Part shown: positions 40,110 to 50,880 of the stretch, piece by piece
Layout of the letters: the number at the start of each line of letters is the position of its first letter
Position numbering within the stretch: position 1 is the stretch's first letter
Assembly (NCBI GenBank): GCA_039818205.1
Contig: JBCBUK010000005.1
Coordinates: 232,065 to 296,064 of the forward strand
Length of the DNA stretch: 64,000 nucleotides
Direction of reading: 5' to 3'
From: Verrucomicrobiota bacterium
Lineage (GTDB): Bacteria; Verrucomicrobiota; Verrucomicrobiia; Opitutales; Cerasicoccaceae
Notes under the pieces: generated by a model
The model's input: the letters and a program-made list of their open reading frames with translations, nothing else
What the model was told of the DNA's origin: nothing
The model's database searches: none
Translations under genes and position numbers: made by a program

Positions 40110-41507
40110 ATGTCCAAATTCGATCCATGGTTGGCGATACGCAAACCACTGTCGCCACAGCGACAAGCACTACTCACGGTCGTTTCATTCCTACTGCCGA
40201 TCTTTGTTTGGTGCATTGTCAGCTACATACCGTGGCTCTGGCATCCGGACATGGTTGTTACAGTCTCCGCCGATCGCCATGATGTCACCACCGTCTACTC
40301 GGTTGGCGATCGATTACCACGTCACAAAGAAAGCGAAGACGACTTTGCCTTTGTCGATTTCGTCGAAGATGTTCGCGAGCGTAACGAAGAAATTCAAGCT
40401 GCCCGCGATTCTGGAGAGCCGATGGAAAGCTCCCGTCGCGCGAACAAGAAAGTTCTGCGTCACCTGGCACCGGTTGGCATTGCCGAAGGCTGGCTAACAC
40501 GGGACCAGGCCACTGATGATACGGCAATCTACACGCTTTGGGGAGAGATTGCGCGGGGTGAAAAACAACCGTCCAAAGTCCAACTCTCCCAAGAGAATTT
40601 GGCAGTCGTCCGGGACAACTGGAGTAAGGTCGGAGCGATCAGCGAAACCTACGATTCGAAGAAAATCCCGACGGAAATTCTCCTCAATTTAATTCCACAA
40701 GGCAAACCATCCAATCCCGTATTTGTACCCGCACCGCACGAGGTTGTTCAAACGGGCATTTATGATTGGACGCACCAACGCGACCCAGACAAGCCGGCGA
40801 TGTTCGAGCGCTACGGTCACTCGTTGACCATTGTCTTTAGCGGCTTCCTGCTTTCCTGCTTATTTGGCGTCCCACTCGGGATCTTAAGCGGAACCTACGA
40901 CTTTTTTGCCAAAATTGTTGAGCCCTTTACTGATTTCTTCCGCTACATGCCTGCCCCGGCATTCAGCACAATATTGGTCGCCATTTTATCGGTGTATGAC
41001 GCGCCGAAAATCGGCCTGGTTTTTCTCGGCACTTACTTCCAAATGGTGTTGGTCATTTCCAACACGACGCGAACCTTAGACCGCTCGCTTCTCGAAGCTG
41101 CCCAAACCCTGGGCGCCAAGAGCAAAGACATGATGTTCCGAGTCATCATCCCAGGCATCATGCCAAAGCTCTACAATGACCTTCGCATTTTGCTCGGCTG
41201 GGCATGGACTTGGCTCGTGATCGCAGAACTGATCGGAACCAAGTCAGGCTTGACCGAGTTCATTGAGACGCAGGGCCGTTTTCGGAATTTCGACAGTGTC
41301 TACCCAACGATCATCATCATTGGCCTAACCGGCTACGTGACCGACCAAATTCTCGCCGCCCTGCGCCCGCTTTTCTTCCCGTGGGATCCGCAGCATTCTA
41401 GTCAGAAGCTCAATGTGATCATCCGCTTTTTCAAATGGCTCACGAACTCGGAGTGCTACGTAAAGTCCGAGCAAGACACCAAAACACTAACCTCCAACGA
41501 CCAATAG
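40110..41507 (+). CDS. ABC transporter permease (SsuC/TauC-like) with a large soluble insertion
   Basis: [13 protein letters not shown] loop [25 protein letters not shown]; start moved to ATG 40110. Confidence 0.88.
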   Translation: MSKFDPWLAIRKPLSPQRQALLTVVSFLLPIFVWCIVSYIPWLWHPDMVVTVSADRHDVTTVYSVGDRLPRHKESEDDFAFVDFVEDVRERNEEIQAARDSGEPMESSRRANKKVLRHLAPVGIAEGWLTRDQATDDTAIYTLWGEIARGEKQPSKVQLSQENLAVVRDNWSKVGAISETYDSKKIPTEILLNLIPQGKPSNPVFVPAPHEVVQTGIYDWTHQRDPDKPAMFERYGHSLTIVFSGFLLSCLFGVPLGILSGTYDFFAKIVEPFTDFFRYMPAPAFSTILVAILSVYDAPKIGLVFLGTYFQMVLVISNTTRTLDRSLLEAAQTLGAKSKDMMFRVIIPGIMPKLYNDLRILLGWAWTWLVIAELIGTKSGLTEFIETQGRFRNFDSVYPTIIIIGLTGYVTDQILAALRPLFFPWDPQHSSQKLNVIIRFFKWLTNSECYVKSEQDTKTLTSNDQ

Positions 41508-41517
41508 AAGGCTTCCC

Positions 41518-42414
41518 ATGATTGATGAATTGCAATTACCGAGCTATCGGGAACAAAGCCCAGAAGTTGCCAGCCGTTTCAAGTCCATCTATGAGCGACC
41601 CGTTAAGCTGGAGGTCAAAGGGTTAGGCCGAACCTTCAACTCGAACAAGGGTACTGTTCGTGCGCTCCACGATATCAGCTTCAACGTTCACCGCCGCGAA
41701 TTCATCTCGGTCATTGGGCCATCTGGCTGCGGTAAGTCGACCTTGATCCGTATTTTGGCAGGCCTAGATTTCCCGACATCAGGCGAGGCACTGCTCGACG
41801 GTAAAACAATCTTTGGCCCTGGTCGTGACCGCGGAATGGTTTTTCAAGGGTATACGCTTTTTCCTTGGTTAACCGTCAAGAAGAACGTGATGTTCGGTCT
41901 CGAAGTGTCTGGCAGGACAGGATCATCTGTAGAAGCGGAAGCCCGCTCCTGGATTGAGATCGTCGGCTTGGCCGGGTTTGAAAATGCCTATCCAAGCCAA
42001 CTTTCAGGGGGCATGAAACAACGCGTGGCGATCGCCCGATCCCTTGCGAATAATCCAAGCATGCTGTTCATGGACGAACCGTTTGGCGCCTTGGATGCCC
42101 AAACGCGGTGCCAGATGCAATCTTATCTCCTCCAGATTTGGCGCAACGTTGATGTCACGATCATGTTTGTGACGCACGATCTGGATGAGGCGATTTACCT
42201 TTCCGACCGCATCCTCGTGCTCAAAGCCAAGCCCGGGGAGATCAACGAGTTCATCGAAGTTCCAGTTCCCCGCCCACGCTCGGTTGACCAACTCCTTTCG
42301 CCAACCTTCCTCGCAACCAAAAAGCGTCTGGAAGAACTGATTCACCCAGAGGGAACGGAGATCAAGGAGCTCCCGGTAAAACGGTTCGTATCGGCTGACG
42401 AGGAAATTGAATGA
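41518..42414 (+). CDS. ABC transporter ATP-binding protein (SsuB/TauB-like)
   Basis: [36 protein letters not shown]. Confidence 0.95.
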   Translation: MIDELQLPSYREQSPEVASRFKSIYERPVKLEVKGLGRTFNSNKGTVRALHDISFNVHRREFISVIGPSGCGKSTLIRILAGLDFPTSGEALLDGKTIFGPGRDRGMVFQGYTLFPWLTVKKNVMFGLEVSGRTGSSVEAEARSWIEIVGLAGFENAYPSQLSGGMKQRVAIARSLANNPSMLFMDEPFGALDAQTRCQMQSYLLQIWRNVDVTIMFVTHDLDEAIYLSDRILVLKAKPGEINEFIEVPVPRPRSVDQLLSPTFLATKKRLEELIHPEGTEIKELPVKRFVSADEEIE

Positions 42415-43181
42415 CCGGCGCCAAGGCATCAAGTTCATGGGAACACCTGACCTGGCCGGAGATTGGCCAGCGGCTGGAAAGCGGCCAAGACGCTGCGATC
42501 CTTCCCGTGGGTGCAACCGAACAACATGGCCCCCACTTGGGCGTCGGCATGGACACGGCCTTGGCTGAACGACTGGCGCTCGCCGTATCGGCGTCGACTG
42601 GCGTTCCCTGTCTGCCAGCGCTCCCCTATGGTTGTTCAATAGGGCATTCTCACCGCTGGCCAGGCACCTTGGCGCTCAACCCGAAAACGCTCATTGATGT
42701 CATCGCCGACATTGGCCGTTGGTTCTACAAGAGTGGAGGCCGTCGCCTCTTTCTTGTCAACGGGCACGTAGGCAACCGTGCTCCCTTGCGCTGTGCGCTC
42801 GAAGTACTCCGAGCGGAATGTGAAGACTTCAAGATCGCGATTTTTACCACCGGCGACATCAGCGACCGCGTCGCGGCAGCGTTTTCTCAAGACGCAGCAG
42901 ACTGGCATGCAAATGCGGCCGAAACGGCCCTTATGATGCATCTTAGCCCAGAATCCGTTCGATTCGATCGGGTCCAGGACGCCGATGATCCGGATCGCAC
43001 CAACGATTGCGTTTTTGCCCACCCGGTAAACCGAACAAGCCTTAACGGTGTGACCGGCAAGCCATCGACGGCGACTTCCGCAATGGGCGAACAGCTGTTT
43101 GCGATCATGGTCGATGACCTCAGTGAACACATCATGAAGGGCCTGCAGGAGGCGTCGCCCCTCGAATTCCCCTACAACTAA
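42411..43181 (+). CDS. Creatininase/MftE-family amidohydrolase
   Basis: [19 protein letters not shown]...D, SIGH...[21 protein letters not shown] overlap with the upstream gene. Confidence 0.88.
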   Translation: MTGAKASSSWEHLTWPEIGQRLESGQDAAILPVGATEQHGPHLGVGMDTALAERLALAVSASTGVPCLPALPYGCSIGHSHRWPGTLALNPKTLIDVIADIGRWFYKSGGRRLFLVNGHVGNRAPLRCALEVLRAECEDFKIAIFTTGDISDRVAAAFSQDAADWHANAAETALMMHLSPESVRFDRVQDADDPDRTNDCVFAHPVNRTSLNGVTGKPSTATSAMGEQLFAIMVDDLSEHIMKGLQEASPLEFPYN

Positions 43182-43198
43182 GCCACAAGGAATTTACG

Positions 43199-44617
43199 AT
43201 GAACTTGACCGAGTATACCGCACTGCCCTTTCAGAAATCTCAGGGAAACGCCTATGGCACACTGCCGGGTGACGAAGAAATCAACGCCGTTCGCAACACC
43301 TTGGCTGAGGCAGGAGTAAAATACGTAACCGGTGCCTATGTCGACATTCATGGCGTCCCCAAAGGTAAAGTCGTTCCGCTGTCGCATTTTGAGAGCTTTG
43401 CCAAAGGATCGGAGCTCTACACGGGCTACGCGCTCGATGGATTGGGCCAGCTTCCAAATGACGATGAAATCTGCTCGATTCCAGATCTGGGCAACATCGT
43501 TCAGCTTCCTTGGCAGCCGGAGATGGCCTGGATGCCGGCCGACAATGGATTCAAGGGGGAGCCCTACGAAGTTAACACTCGTGTCATTCTCCAGAAGGTT
43601 CTCAAGAAAGCAGAGTCGATGGGCTTCGGTTTCAACCTTGGTATCGAATGCGAGTTATTTGTCCTGCGCAAGCTTGCCGATGGCACTATTGAAATTCCAA
43701 ATCCTGAGGACAAGCAGGTAAAGAGCTGCTACGACCTCAACGGGTTCATGGCCCGCTTTGACTGGCTGGACAAAATGGCAACCACCATCGATGCCCTCGG
43801 GTGGGACCTCTATTCCTTCGACCACGAGGACGCGAATTCTCAATTCGAATTCGATTTCAAGTATGCTGATGCCCTGACCATGTGTGATCGGTTCATCTTC
43901 TTTCGCTTGATGGCTAAACAGTATGCCCAAGAAGAAGGCTTAGTTGCTTCATTTATGCCCAAACCCTTTGCCGACAAAACCGGCAGCGGTGCCCACTTCA
44001 ATATGTCGCTGTTTGACCTGGAGAGCGGGTCCAATCTTTTCGCCGATAGCAACGACACTCGCGAACTCGGACTCAGTAAACTCGGCTATCAATTCTGCGC
44101 GGGAATCCTCAAGCACGGACCAGCGCTGTGTGCCGCCTTTGCGCCAACCGTGAACAGCTACAAGCGCCTCGTCCGCCGCGGCCTAATGGCCTACTACTCA
44201 TGGGCGCCGGTATTCAATTCCTACGGCAGCAACAACCGAACCAACTCCTTACGCATACCGATGGACGGAGGCCGGGTCGAGTCGCGCAACGCCGACGCAT
44301 CCTGCAACCCCTATTTGGCGGCCACGCTAGCCTTGGCAGCTGGACTTCAAGGGATCGAAGAAGACCTCGATCCCGGAGAGCCCCAGGAGGACAACCTCTA
44401 TGCGCTTAGCAAGGAGCAGCTGCATTCGCGCGGGATCGATGAATTGCCTCGGAGTTTGCTGGAGGCAGTCGAAGCTTTTGCCGAAGACCCGTTCGTCGCC
44501 GAGGTCCTTGGAGATGGCCTGCGAAATGAATTTATTACCTACAAATCTGAGGAATGGCGCCAGTTTCATCAACGGGTTCACGCATGGGAAATTGATGAAT
44601 ATTTGCTCAAATTTTGA
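43199..44617 (+). CDS. Glutamine-synthetase-family ligase of the GlnT / gamma-glutamylmethylamide synthetase (GmaS)-like group
   Basis: [38 protein letters not shown]...[24 protein letters not shown]. Confidence 0.82.
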   Translation: MNLTEYTALPFQKSQGNAYGTLPGDEEINAVRNTLAEAGVKYVTGAYVDIHGVPKGKVVPLSHFESFAKGSELYTGYALDGLGQLPNDDEICSIPDLGNIVQLPWQPEMAWMPADNGFKGEPYEVNTRVILQKVLKKAESMGFGFNLGIECELFVLRKLADGTIEIPNPEDKQVKSCYDLNGFMARFDWLDKMATTIDALGWDLYSFDHEDANSQFEFDFKYADALTMCDRFIFFRLMAKQYAQEEGLVASFMPKPFADKTGSGAHFNMSLFDLESGSNLFADSNDTRELGLSKLGYQFCAGILKHGPALCAAFAPTVNSYKRLVRRGLMAYYSWAPVFNSYGSNNRTNSLRIPMDGGRVESRNADASCNPYLAATLALAAGLQGIEEDLDPGEPQEDNLYALSKEQLHSRGIDELPRSLLEAVEAFAEDPFVAEVLGDGLRNEFITYKSEEWRQFHQRVHAWEIDEYLLKF

Positions 44618-44624
44618 TCCCGCG

Positions 44625-44652
44625 GTATTAACAATTTGCCAAAAATTAATAT
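44625..44652. promoter_or_regulatory. Second NikR-geometry operator GTATTA-N16-TAATAT
   Basis: GTATTA-acaatttgccaaaaat-TAATAT, 36 bp upstream of the NikR-like gene; the spacer shares TTT.CCAAAAA with the 38980 site. Confidence 0.72.
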
Positions 44653-44688
44653 TGAATTGATCCCTGGAAACGCTAATCCATCAACCTT

Positions 44689-45138
44689 ATGACGGACCCC
44701 ATTGAGAGAATCAGCATATCGATGCCGAAGCGCCTAATCGAACGATTGGACGATATGAATGCGCGCCGGGGTTTCGATAGCCGCTCTCAGGCAATCGCTT
44801 CGATGGTCGAACAGCAGCTGGTTGAATACGATGAAAGCCTCGGGGAAGAGGTCATGACTGGAACCATCACCATCGTCTATGACCAGTCAAAGAACAATTT
44901 GAAGAAACGCTTAGCGGAAATCGAATACGAGAACATTGCCGAGGTGATTAGCTCGCTGCACGTGCTGCTCGAGAATGAGCACACCATGGAGGTCATTCTG
45001 GTCCAAGGTCCGGGCAAAAAACTACGCCACATCGCAGACCAACTAGTTTCCTGCAAAGGGGTAAAGAATGGAACCATGAGCCTCCACAGTGCCCTTATTC
45101 CACCGCTTCATTCGAAATCAATTAGCAAAAAGAAATAA
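44689..45138 (+). CDS. NikR-family ribbon-helix-helix regulator with a degenerate nickel site
   Basis: RISISMP...[20 protein letters not shown]...SSLHV...[11 protein letters not shown]-like domain. Confidence 0.85.
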   Translation: MTDPIERISISMPKRLIERLDDMNARRGFDSRSQAIASMVEQQLVEYDESLGEEVMTGTITIVYDQSKNNLKKRLAEIEYENIAEVISSLHVLLENEHTMEVILVQGPGKKLRHIADQLVSCKGVKNGTMSLHSALIPPLHSKSISKKK

Positions 45139-45866
45139 TGTCTGAAACTCCTCCCCTCTTATATAACCGCCGAATCGGTGGCGGCCAAATGTGGTCAAAG
45201 GTCATCGGCCGAGGCAAATGCCTCAAGATAACCGACCTCGAAGGCGGTGCCAACGTCGGTATGATGCTCTACAATGCCAACGAGAAAACAGAGCGCTACA
45301 ACATGCCCGATACCCTCAAAGGGCAAAAGATCTTTTACCTAAGGGCCCCCTACTGCCTGCACTCCGACATGGGCCGGCTCTTTGCCTCGATTGTCGACGA
45401 TACGGTTGGCTGGCACGACACCGTCTGTGGCTCAACCAATGCTACCATGGTCGAATCCAAGTATGGTACGAACGACTATCAAGATGCGCGGAACGATTGG
45501 TACCGCAATGGACGTGACTGCTTCCTGATCGAACTTGGTAAATGGGGAATGGGCGAGCGCGACCTGATCCCGAATATCAACTGGTTTAGTAAAGTCAGCC
45601 CTGACGAATCGGGCAAACTCACCTACCAGAGCGGCAACTCACCAGCTGGCGCAAGCGTGACCCTGCGCTTCGAGTTGGACACCCTGGTTGTGCTTAATAC
45701 CTGCCAGCACCCGCTGGACTCAAACCCGACCTACGACCCCAAACCGGTTCAACTCGATGTCCTTCCGGCGCCAAGTGTGAGCGAGGAAGACCCCTCTCGG
45801 TCGATTCGGCCGGAGAATGGACGCGCGTTCCAAAACACTGAAGAATACAACCGCCTACGCTTCTAA
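45138..45866 (+). CDS. cgdA: Carboxyguanidine deiminase subunit A (DUF1989, urea-amidolyase-associated protein 1)
   Basis: [40 protein letters not shown]. Confidence 0.88.
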   Translation: MSETPPLLYNRRIGGGQMWSKVIGRGKCLKITDLEGGANVGMMLYNANEKTERYNMPDTLKGQKIFYLRAPYCLHSDMGRLFASIVDDTVGWHDTVCGSTNATMVESKYGTNDYQDARNDWYRNGRDCFLIELGKWGMGERDLIPNINWFSKVSPDESGKLTYQSGNSPAGASVTLRFELDTLVVLNTCQHPLDSNPTYDPKPVQLDVLPAPSVSEEDPSRSIRPENGRAFQNTEEYNRLRF

Positions 45867-45869
45867 CTT

Positions 45870-46514
45870 ATGAGCAACTTTACCGAAAGCAGTCTTATTG
45901 AATCCGACGCCGTTTATAGTAAAGTCGTACGGGCCGGTGACTTTTGGATCCACCAGATCAATGCCGGCCAAACGCTGCGCATCGTCGACCTCGAAGGAAA
46001 CCAAGCCGCAGACACTCTCTTTTACAACGCCGATGATCCGGACGACCGCTACAGTGCGTGCGATACGATTGCCGCACAACAAGCCCTCTACCTAACTTCG
46101 GGTACGCGGCTCATGTCCACCCGTGGAACTGAACTGCTGAAGATCGTCGCCGATACCTGTGGTCGGCACGACACCTTAGGCGGTGCCTGTTCGCGCGAAA
46201 GCAACACGATGCGCTATGCGATGGACAAAGAGCCCATGCACGCGTGTCGCGATAGCTTTTTGCGCGGGGTGCAAAGTTGGAGCCCTCACCTCGATAAGCG
46301 AGATGTCACCTGCAACATCAACTTTTTCATGAATGTTCCCGTGTCTCCCGATGGCCAACTTGATTTTGCCGATGGCGTTTCAGCCCCAGGCCGGTACGTA
46401 GAGATGCAAGCGACCAGTAATGTGATCTGCTTGATATCCAACTGTCCGCAACTCAACAACCCGTGCAACGCCTACAATCCCACACCAGTTCAGGTCTTGA
46501 TCTGGGACTCCTGA
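45870..46514 (+). CDS. cgdB: Carboxyguanidine deiminase subunit B (DUF1989, urea-amidolyase-associated protein 2)
   Basis: [48 protein letters not shown]. Confidence 0.9.
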   Translation: MSNFTESSLIESDAVYSKVVRAGDFWIHQINAGQTLRIVDLEGNQAADTLFYNADDPDDRYSACDTIAAQQALYLTSGTRLMSTRGTELLKIVADTCGRHDTLGGACSRESNTMRYAMDKEPMHACRDSFLRGVQSWSPHLDKRDVTCNINFFMNVPVSPDGQLDFADGVSAPGRYVEMQATSNVICLISNCPQLNNPCNAYNPTPVQVLIWDS

Positions 46515-46527
46515 AACCCCGACCCAT

Positions 46528-49500
46528 ATGTTCAAAACGATCCTGATTGCCAATCGAGGAGAGATTGCTTTGCGCATCTTGCGCACCGCCCAGCGGATGA
46601 ACATTCGCACGGTAGCAATTTACTCCGAAGCAGACTCGCAAGCACCACACGTTTACCAGGCCGATGAAGCCATTTGCGTTGGCCCACCATCCGTCGCAGA
46701 GAGCTACCTCAACCAAGAGAAGATTCTGCAAGCAGCGTTGCAGTGCGGCGCCGAAGCGATCCATCCTGGCTATGGCCTGCTAAGCGAGTCCGCCGAGTTT
46801 GCGCAAGCTTGTGCTAACCGTGGTATTGTCTTTATCGGTCCGCGAGTCGAGCACCTCCAACAGTTCGGGCTAAAGCACGCAGCTCGCGAACTGGCTTTGG
46901 CTTCTGCCGTACCTTTGGTACCAGGGACCGACCTTCTCGGTTCGCTCCAGACGGCAAAGCAAGAGGCGGAGAAGATTGGATTTCCGGTGATGATGAAAAG
47001 CACTGCCGGTGGTGGTGGCATCGGCATGGAGGTTTGCCGCTCGATGGACGACCTCGATGCATCCTTCGATCGCGTCCAGCGCCTCGGCCAATCCAACTTT
47101 GGGCAAGGTGGAATTTTTCTTGAGAAATACGTTGAGCGAGCCCGCCACCTTGAAGTGCAAATCTTTGGAGATGGCAAAGGCAATGCCGTGTCTTTAGGAG
47201 TCCGGGACTGCTCGAGTCAGCGGCGAAACCAAAAAGTTATCGAGGAAACGCCGGCATGCGGGGTTCCCGAAAGCGTGATCAATGGACTGCAGGCGGCCGC
47301 GATTCGGCTGACCGAAAGTGTCGGGTATCTCTCAGCGGGCACTGTTGAGTATATCTACGACGTCAACGCCAGCACGTACTACTTCCTCGAAGTCAACACG
47401 CGCCTGCAAGTCGAACATGGCGTGACGGAAGAAGTGGTCGGAGTCGACCTCGTCGAGTGGATGATTCGGCAAGCAGCTGACGATCTGCCCAACCTGGACT
47501 TACCCAGTGAGCGTCCAGGTGGACACAGCATCCAGGCCCGAATTTATGCGGAGGATCCGGACAAGAATTTCCAGCCCTCAAGCGGCCTATTAAATCATGT
47601 GTCGTTCCCCGAGAGCATTCGATGCGACCATTGGATCTCTTCTGGCACGGAGGTCACCAGCCACTATGATCCACTACTGGCGAAGCTGATCGTGCACGCC
47701 CCGACTCGCGAAGAGGCAATTGCAGAGCTCCATGCGGCGCTTGAGCAAACCGCCATCTACGGAATTGAGACGAACCGCGAATATTTGAGTGCCCTGGTCC
47801 AGAGCGATCTCCTTCGGGAGAATAAGATGACCACGCAATCGCTCAAAGCATTTCAGTATGAAACCCTGACCATCGATACGCTTAAGTCCGGTGTTCAAAC
47901 GACTGTGCAGGACTATCCGGGACGCGTCGGCTACTGGGAGGTCGGGGTCCCGCCTTCGGGCCCGATGGACAGCCTTTCTTTTCGCTTGGGCAACCGGCTT
48001 TTGGGTAACGATGAATCAGCGGCCGGCCTCGAAACAACACTGGAAGGCCCGACTCTACGGTTCAACGCCCCAACCACAATCGTGCTAACGGGCGCGGAGA
48101 GCGATGCGAAGCTTAATGGGCAAGCGCTGAGCTTCTGGGAGCCGATTGAAATCGCGTCCGACGATGTTCTGGAAATGGGACAGGTCACCGGTATCGGTAT
48201 GCGTACTTATTTGTGTATCGCTGGTGGGTTAAACGTCGCGGACTACCTGGGCAGCAAATCAACCTTTACGCTTGGGAAGTTTGGCGGGCACGGCGGCCGC
48301 CCACTCCAAACCGGTGACGTTCTCCACGTCAATCGCTCAAGCAATGCGATCGCGGCCAAAGCCTTACCCGCCGAGTATCGCCCCAAGATATCAAACCAGT
48401 GGACTATCAACGTACTCTATGGTCCACACGGGGCACCCGATTTCTTTACCGATGATGATATCGAGACGTTCTTCGCCACCGAGTGGGAGGTGCATTTTAA
48501 CTCGGCCCGGACTGGGGTTCGCCTGATCGGACCCAAGCCGCAATGGGCCCGTCCCGACGGCGGCGAGGCCGGACTTCATCCATCCAATATTCACGACAAT
48601 GCCTACGCGATCGGAGCAATCGATTTTACGGGAGACATGCCAGTCATTCTCGGCCCAGACGGGCCAAGTCTCGGTGGCTTTGTTTGCCCAGCGACTGTTG
48701 CCTTTGCCGACCTCTGGAAGATCGGACAGCTTCGGCCAGGTGATCGAATCCGATTCGAATGCATTGACCAAAGTAGCGCTGCGCTACTGGTAAAAAACCA
48801 AGAGAACCTCGTCAACGCGCTTCGCAACGAGGAAACTCCAGCAGTGCCGTGTATTACTCCAAAGGCAACGGATCTCATCCTCACAGAGACGGGCGACGGC
48901 AACGAGCGAATGGTCATTCGGCAATCCGGAGATGACAATGTATTGATCGAATTCGGACCTCCACTCCTGGACCTCCGACTGCGATTTATCGTCCACGTAT
49001 TCTATGAGCAGCTACTCAAGAATCGACTAGAAGGAGTCATCGACCTCACACCCGGAATTCGTTCTCTCCAAATTCATTTCGATCGGGCCGCGTTGGAACT
49101 GGATTGTGTTCTGGAGTGGCTGCTCGCCCATCACGCGGACCTCAAATCTCTAGAGGAACAGAAAGTATCCTCGCGCATCGTCCACTTACCGCTTTCGTGG
49201 GACGACCCTTCGACGCAGCTAGCTGTTTCTCGCTACATGCAAACGGTTCGTCCCGATGCGCCTTGGTGCCCGAATAACCTGGAGTTTATCCGCCGAATCA
49301 ATGGACTTGAATCGGTCGATCAGGTGCGGGAAATCGTCTTCAACGCCAGCTATGTTGTACTCGGCTTAGGGGACGTCTACCTTGGCGCTCCAGTCGCAAC
49401 TCCTTTGGACCCGCGTCATCGGTTGATCACGACAAAGTATAACCCAGCCCGAACCTGGACTCCGGAGAATGCCGTGGGAATTGGCGGAGCGTATATGTGT

Positions 49501-50118
49501 GTCTACGGTATGGAAGGCCCGGGCGGGTATCAGTTTGTCGGTCGCACCCTTCAAATGTGGAACCGCTATGGAAGCGTCGATGCATTTCATGACGACAAGC
49601 CCTGGTTACTTCGGTTTTTTGACCAGATTCGGTTTTTCCCAGTTTCGGCCGATGAACTCACGCAGATCCGAAAAGACTTTCCCCAGGGCAGGTATCCGAT
49701 AAAAATTGAGCAGAGCTCCTTTGACCTCCACGAATACGAGGCGATGCTCGCCAAGAACGATGCCGATATCCAGGCGTTCAGGAGTCAACAGCGTGAGGCA
49801 TTCGATGCGGAACGTGGGCGCTGGAGCGACACGGACCAGCGTTCGGACCTGGACGAGGTAGCCGTGGATTCGACAAGCGATATCGAGCTACCTGAAGGCT
49901 CTCAGGCTATTGAGAGCTCAGTATCGGGTACGGTATACAAAGTGCTAGTTAACGAGGGTGACCACGTTCAAAAGGGCCAAACGACCCTGGTGCTCGAGTC
50001 GATGAAAATGGAAATTTCGGTATGCAGCCCTTATGCGGGCGAAGTGATGCATGTCGCCGTTGCAAATGGTGGCTTCGTCAAACCTGGCGATCGGCTTTTG
50101 GCGGTTCGCTCAGACTAA
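46528..50118 (+). CDS. Biotin-dependent guanidine carboxylase (urea carboxylase family, Asp type)
   Basis: [58 protein letters not shown]; follows cgdAB. Confidence 0.88.
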   Translation: MFKTILIANRGEIALRILRTAQRMNIRTVAIYSEADSQAPHVYQADEAICVGPPSVAESYLNQEKILQAALQCGAEAIHPGYGLLSESAEFAQACANRGIVFIGPRVEHLQQFGLKHAARELALASAVPLVPGTDLLGSLQTAKQEAEKIGFPVMMKSTAGGGGIGMEVCRSMDDLDASFDRVQRLGQSNFGQGGIFLEKYVERARHLEVQIFGDGKGNAVSLGVRDCSSQRRNQKVIEETPACGVPESVINGLQAAAIRLTESVGYLSAGTVEYIYDVNASTYYFLEVNTRLQVEHGVTEEVVGVDLVEWMIRQAADDLPNLDLPSERPGGHSIQARIYAEDPDKNFQPSSGLLNHVSFPESIRCDHWISSGTEVTSHYDPLLAKLIVHAPTREEAIAELHAALEQTAIYGIETNREYLSALVQSDLLRENKMTTQSLKAFQYETLTIDTLKSGVQTTVQDYPGRVGYWEVGVPPSGPMDSLSFRLGNRLLGNDESAAGLETTLEGPTLRFNAPTTIVLTGAESDAKLNGQALSFWEPIEIASDDVLEMGQVTGIGMRTYLCIAGGLNVADYLGSKSTFTLGKFGGHGGRPLQTGDVLHVNRSSNAIAAKALPAEYRPKISNQWTINVLYGPHGAPDFFTDDDIETFFATEWEVHFNSARTGVRLIGPKPQWARPDGGEAGLHPSNIHDNAYAIGAIDFTGDMPVILGPDGPSLGGFVCPATVAFADLWKIGQLRPGDRIRFECIDQSSAALLVKNQENLVNALRNEETPAVPCITPKATDLILTETGDGNERMVIRQSGDDNVLIEFGPPLLDLRLRFIVHVFYEQLLKNRLEGVIDLTPGIRSLQIHFDRAALELDCVLEWLLAHHADLKSLEEQKVSSRIVHLPLSWDDPSTQLAVSRYMQTVRPDAPWCPNNLEFIRRINGLESVDQVREIVFNASYVVLGLGDVYLGAPVATPLDPRHRLITTKYNPARTWTPENAVGIGGAYMCVYGMEGPGGYQFVGRTLQMWNRYGSVDAFHDDKPWLLRFFDQIRFFPVSADELTQIRKDFPQGRYPIKIEQSSFDLHEYEAMLAKNDADIQAFRSQQREAFDAERGRWSDTDQRSDLDEVAVDSTSDIELPEGSQAIESSVSGTVYKVLVNEGDHVQKGQTTLVLESMKMEISVCSPYAGEVMHVAVANGGFVKPGDRLLAVRSD

Positions 50119-50177
50119 TCACTGCGCATAAGAAATTTGCATTGAGAAATATGTGATTCGTTTTTCAATTGAGAACA

Positions 50178-50870
50178 ATGTCTTCGTCAAAATCGAATAC
50201 TAAGAAAAATCGAAGTGAAGATATCTTTAATATCCTGCAAAGTCGGATCCTCTCCTGGGAGTATCAACCTGGGCATCGATTGAAAGAGGATGAGCTTTGC
50301 CGAGAGTTCGATGTCAGCCGAATTCCCATCCGGGAAGCTCTTAGCCGCCTCAGTCAAATCCATTTGGTGGAGCGCAAGGCCCACGTCGGCTGTTCGGTAA
50401 AGCGTTGGACACTGGAGGAAATTAATGAACTCTATGAGTTTCGTGTCGCATTGGAGACCTATGTTGTTGAGGCGCTTGCCCAGAAAGAGGATCCCATTGC
50501 CGAACTAAAAGAACTCAAAAAGGAATGGCAGGGCTACCTAACCGAAACGGATGACACCAGTTTTGCCCAAAAGAATTGGTCTACCCGGGACGAACACTTT
50601 CATGAGACGCTGGCCGCTGCACTTGGAAACCAACAGATTCTAAATTCGCTGCAAGACGTGAACTCTCGGCTTCGGTTTTTGCGCGTCCAGGACATCACGA
50701 CGCAAGAGGTTTTAACGAAAAGCAGTAAGCAGCATATCTCCATTATCAACGCGATTCGACGCAGCGACGACGAGTCCGCGAAAAAGTTGATGCGAACCAA
50801 TATTCAGATGGGTAAGGGCAACGTAAAGAGCGCTCTACAGCAAGTTCTCATGCGCTCCTATGAAGATTAG
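50178..50870 (+). CDS. GntR-family (FadR/FCD) transcriptional regulator
   Basis: PGHRLKEDELCREFDVSRIPIREAL; FCD motifs DEHFH and QHISII; start ATG 50178. Confidence 0.92.
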   Translation: MSSSKSNTKKNRSEDIFNILQSRILSWEYQPGHRLKEDELCREFDVSRIPIREALSRLSQIHLVERKAHVGCSVKRWTLEEINELYEFRVALETYVVEALAQKEDPIAELKELKKEWQGYLTETDDTSFAQKNWSTRDEHFHETLAAALGNQQILNSLQDVNSRLRFLRVQDITTQEVLTKSSKQHISIINAIRRSDDESAKKLMRTNIQMGKGNVKSALQQVLMRSYED

Positions 50871-50880
50871 AATGACCGCG

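Noticed and set aside
44689..45138. Canonical nickel-responsive nikR
   Set aside because: Three of four Ni ligands are substituted and no Ni transporter or urease is in the window.
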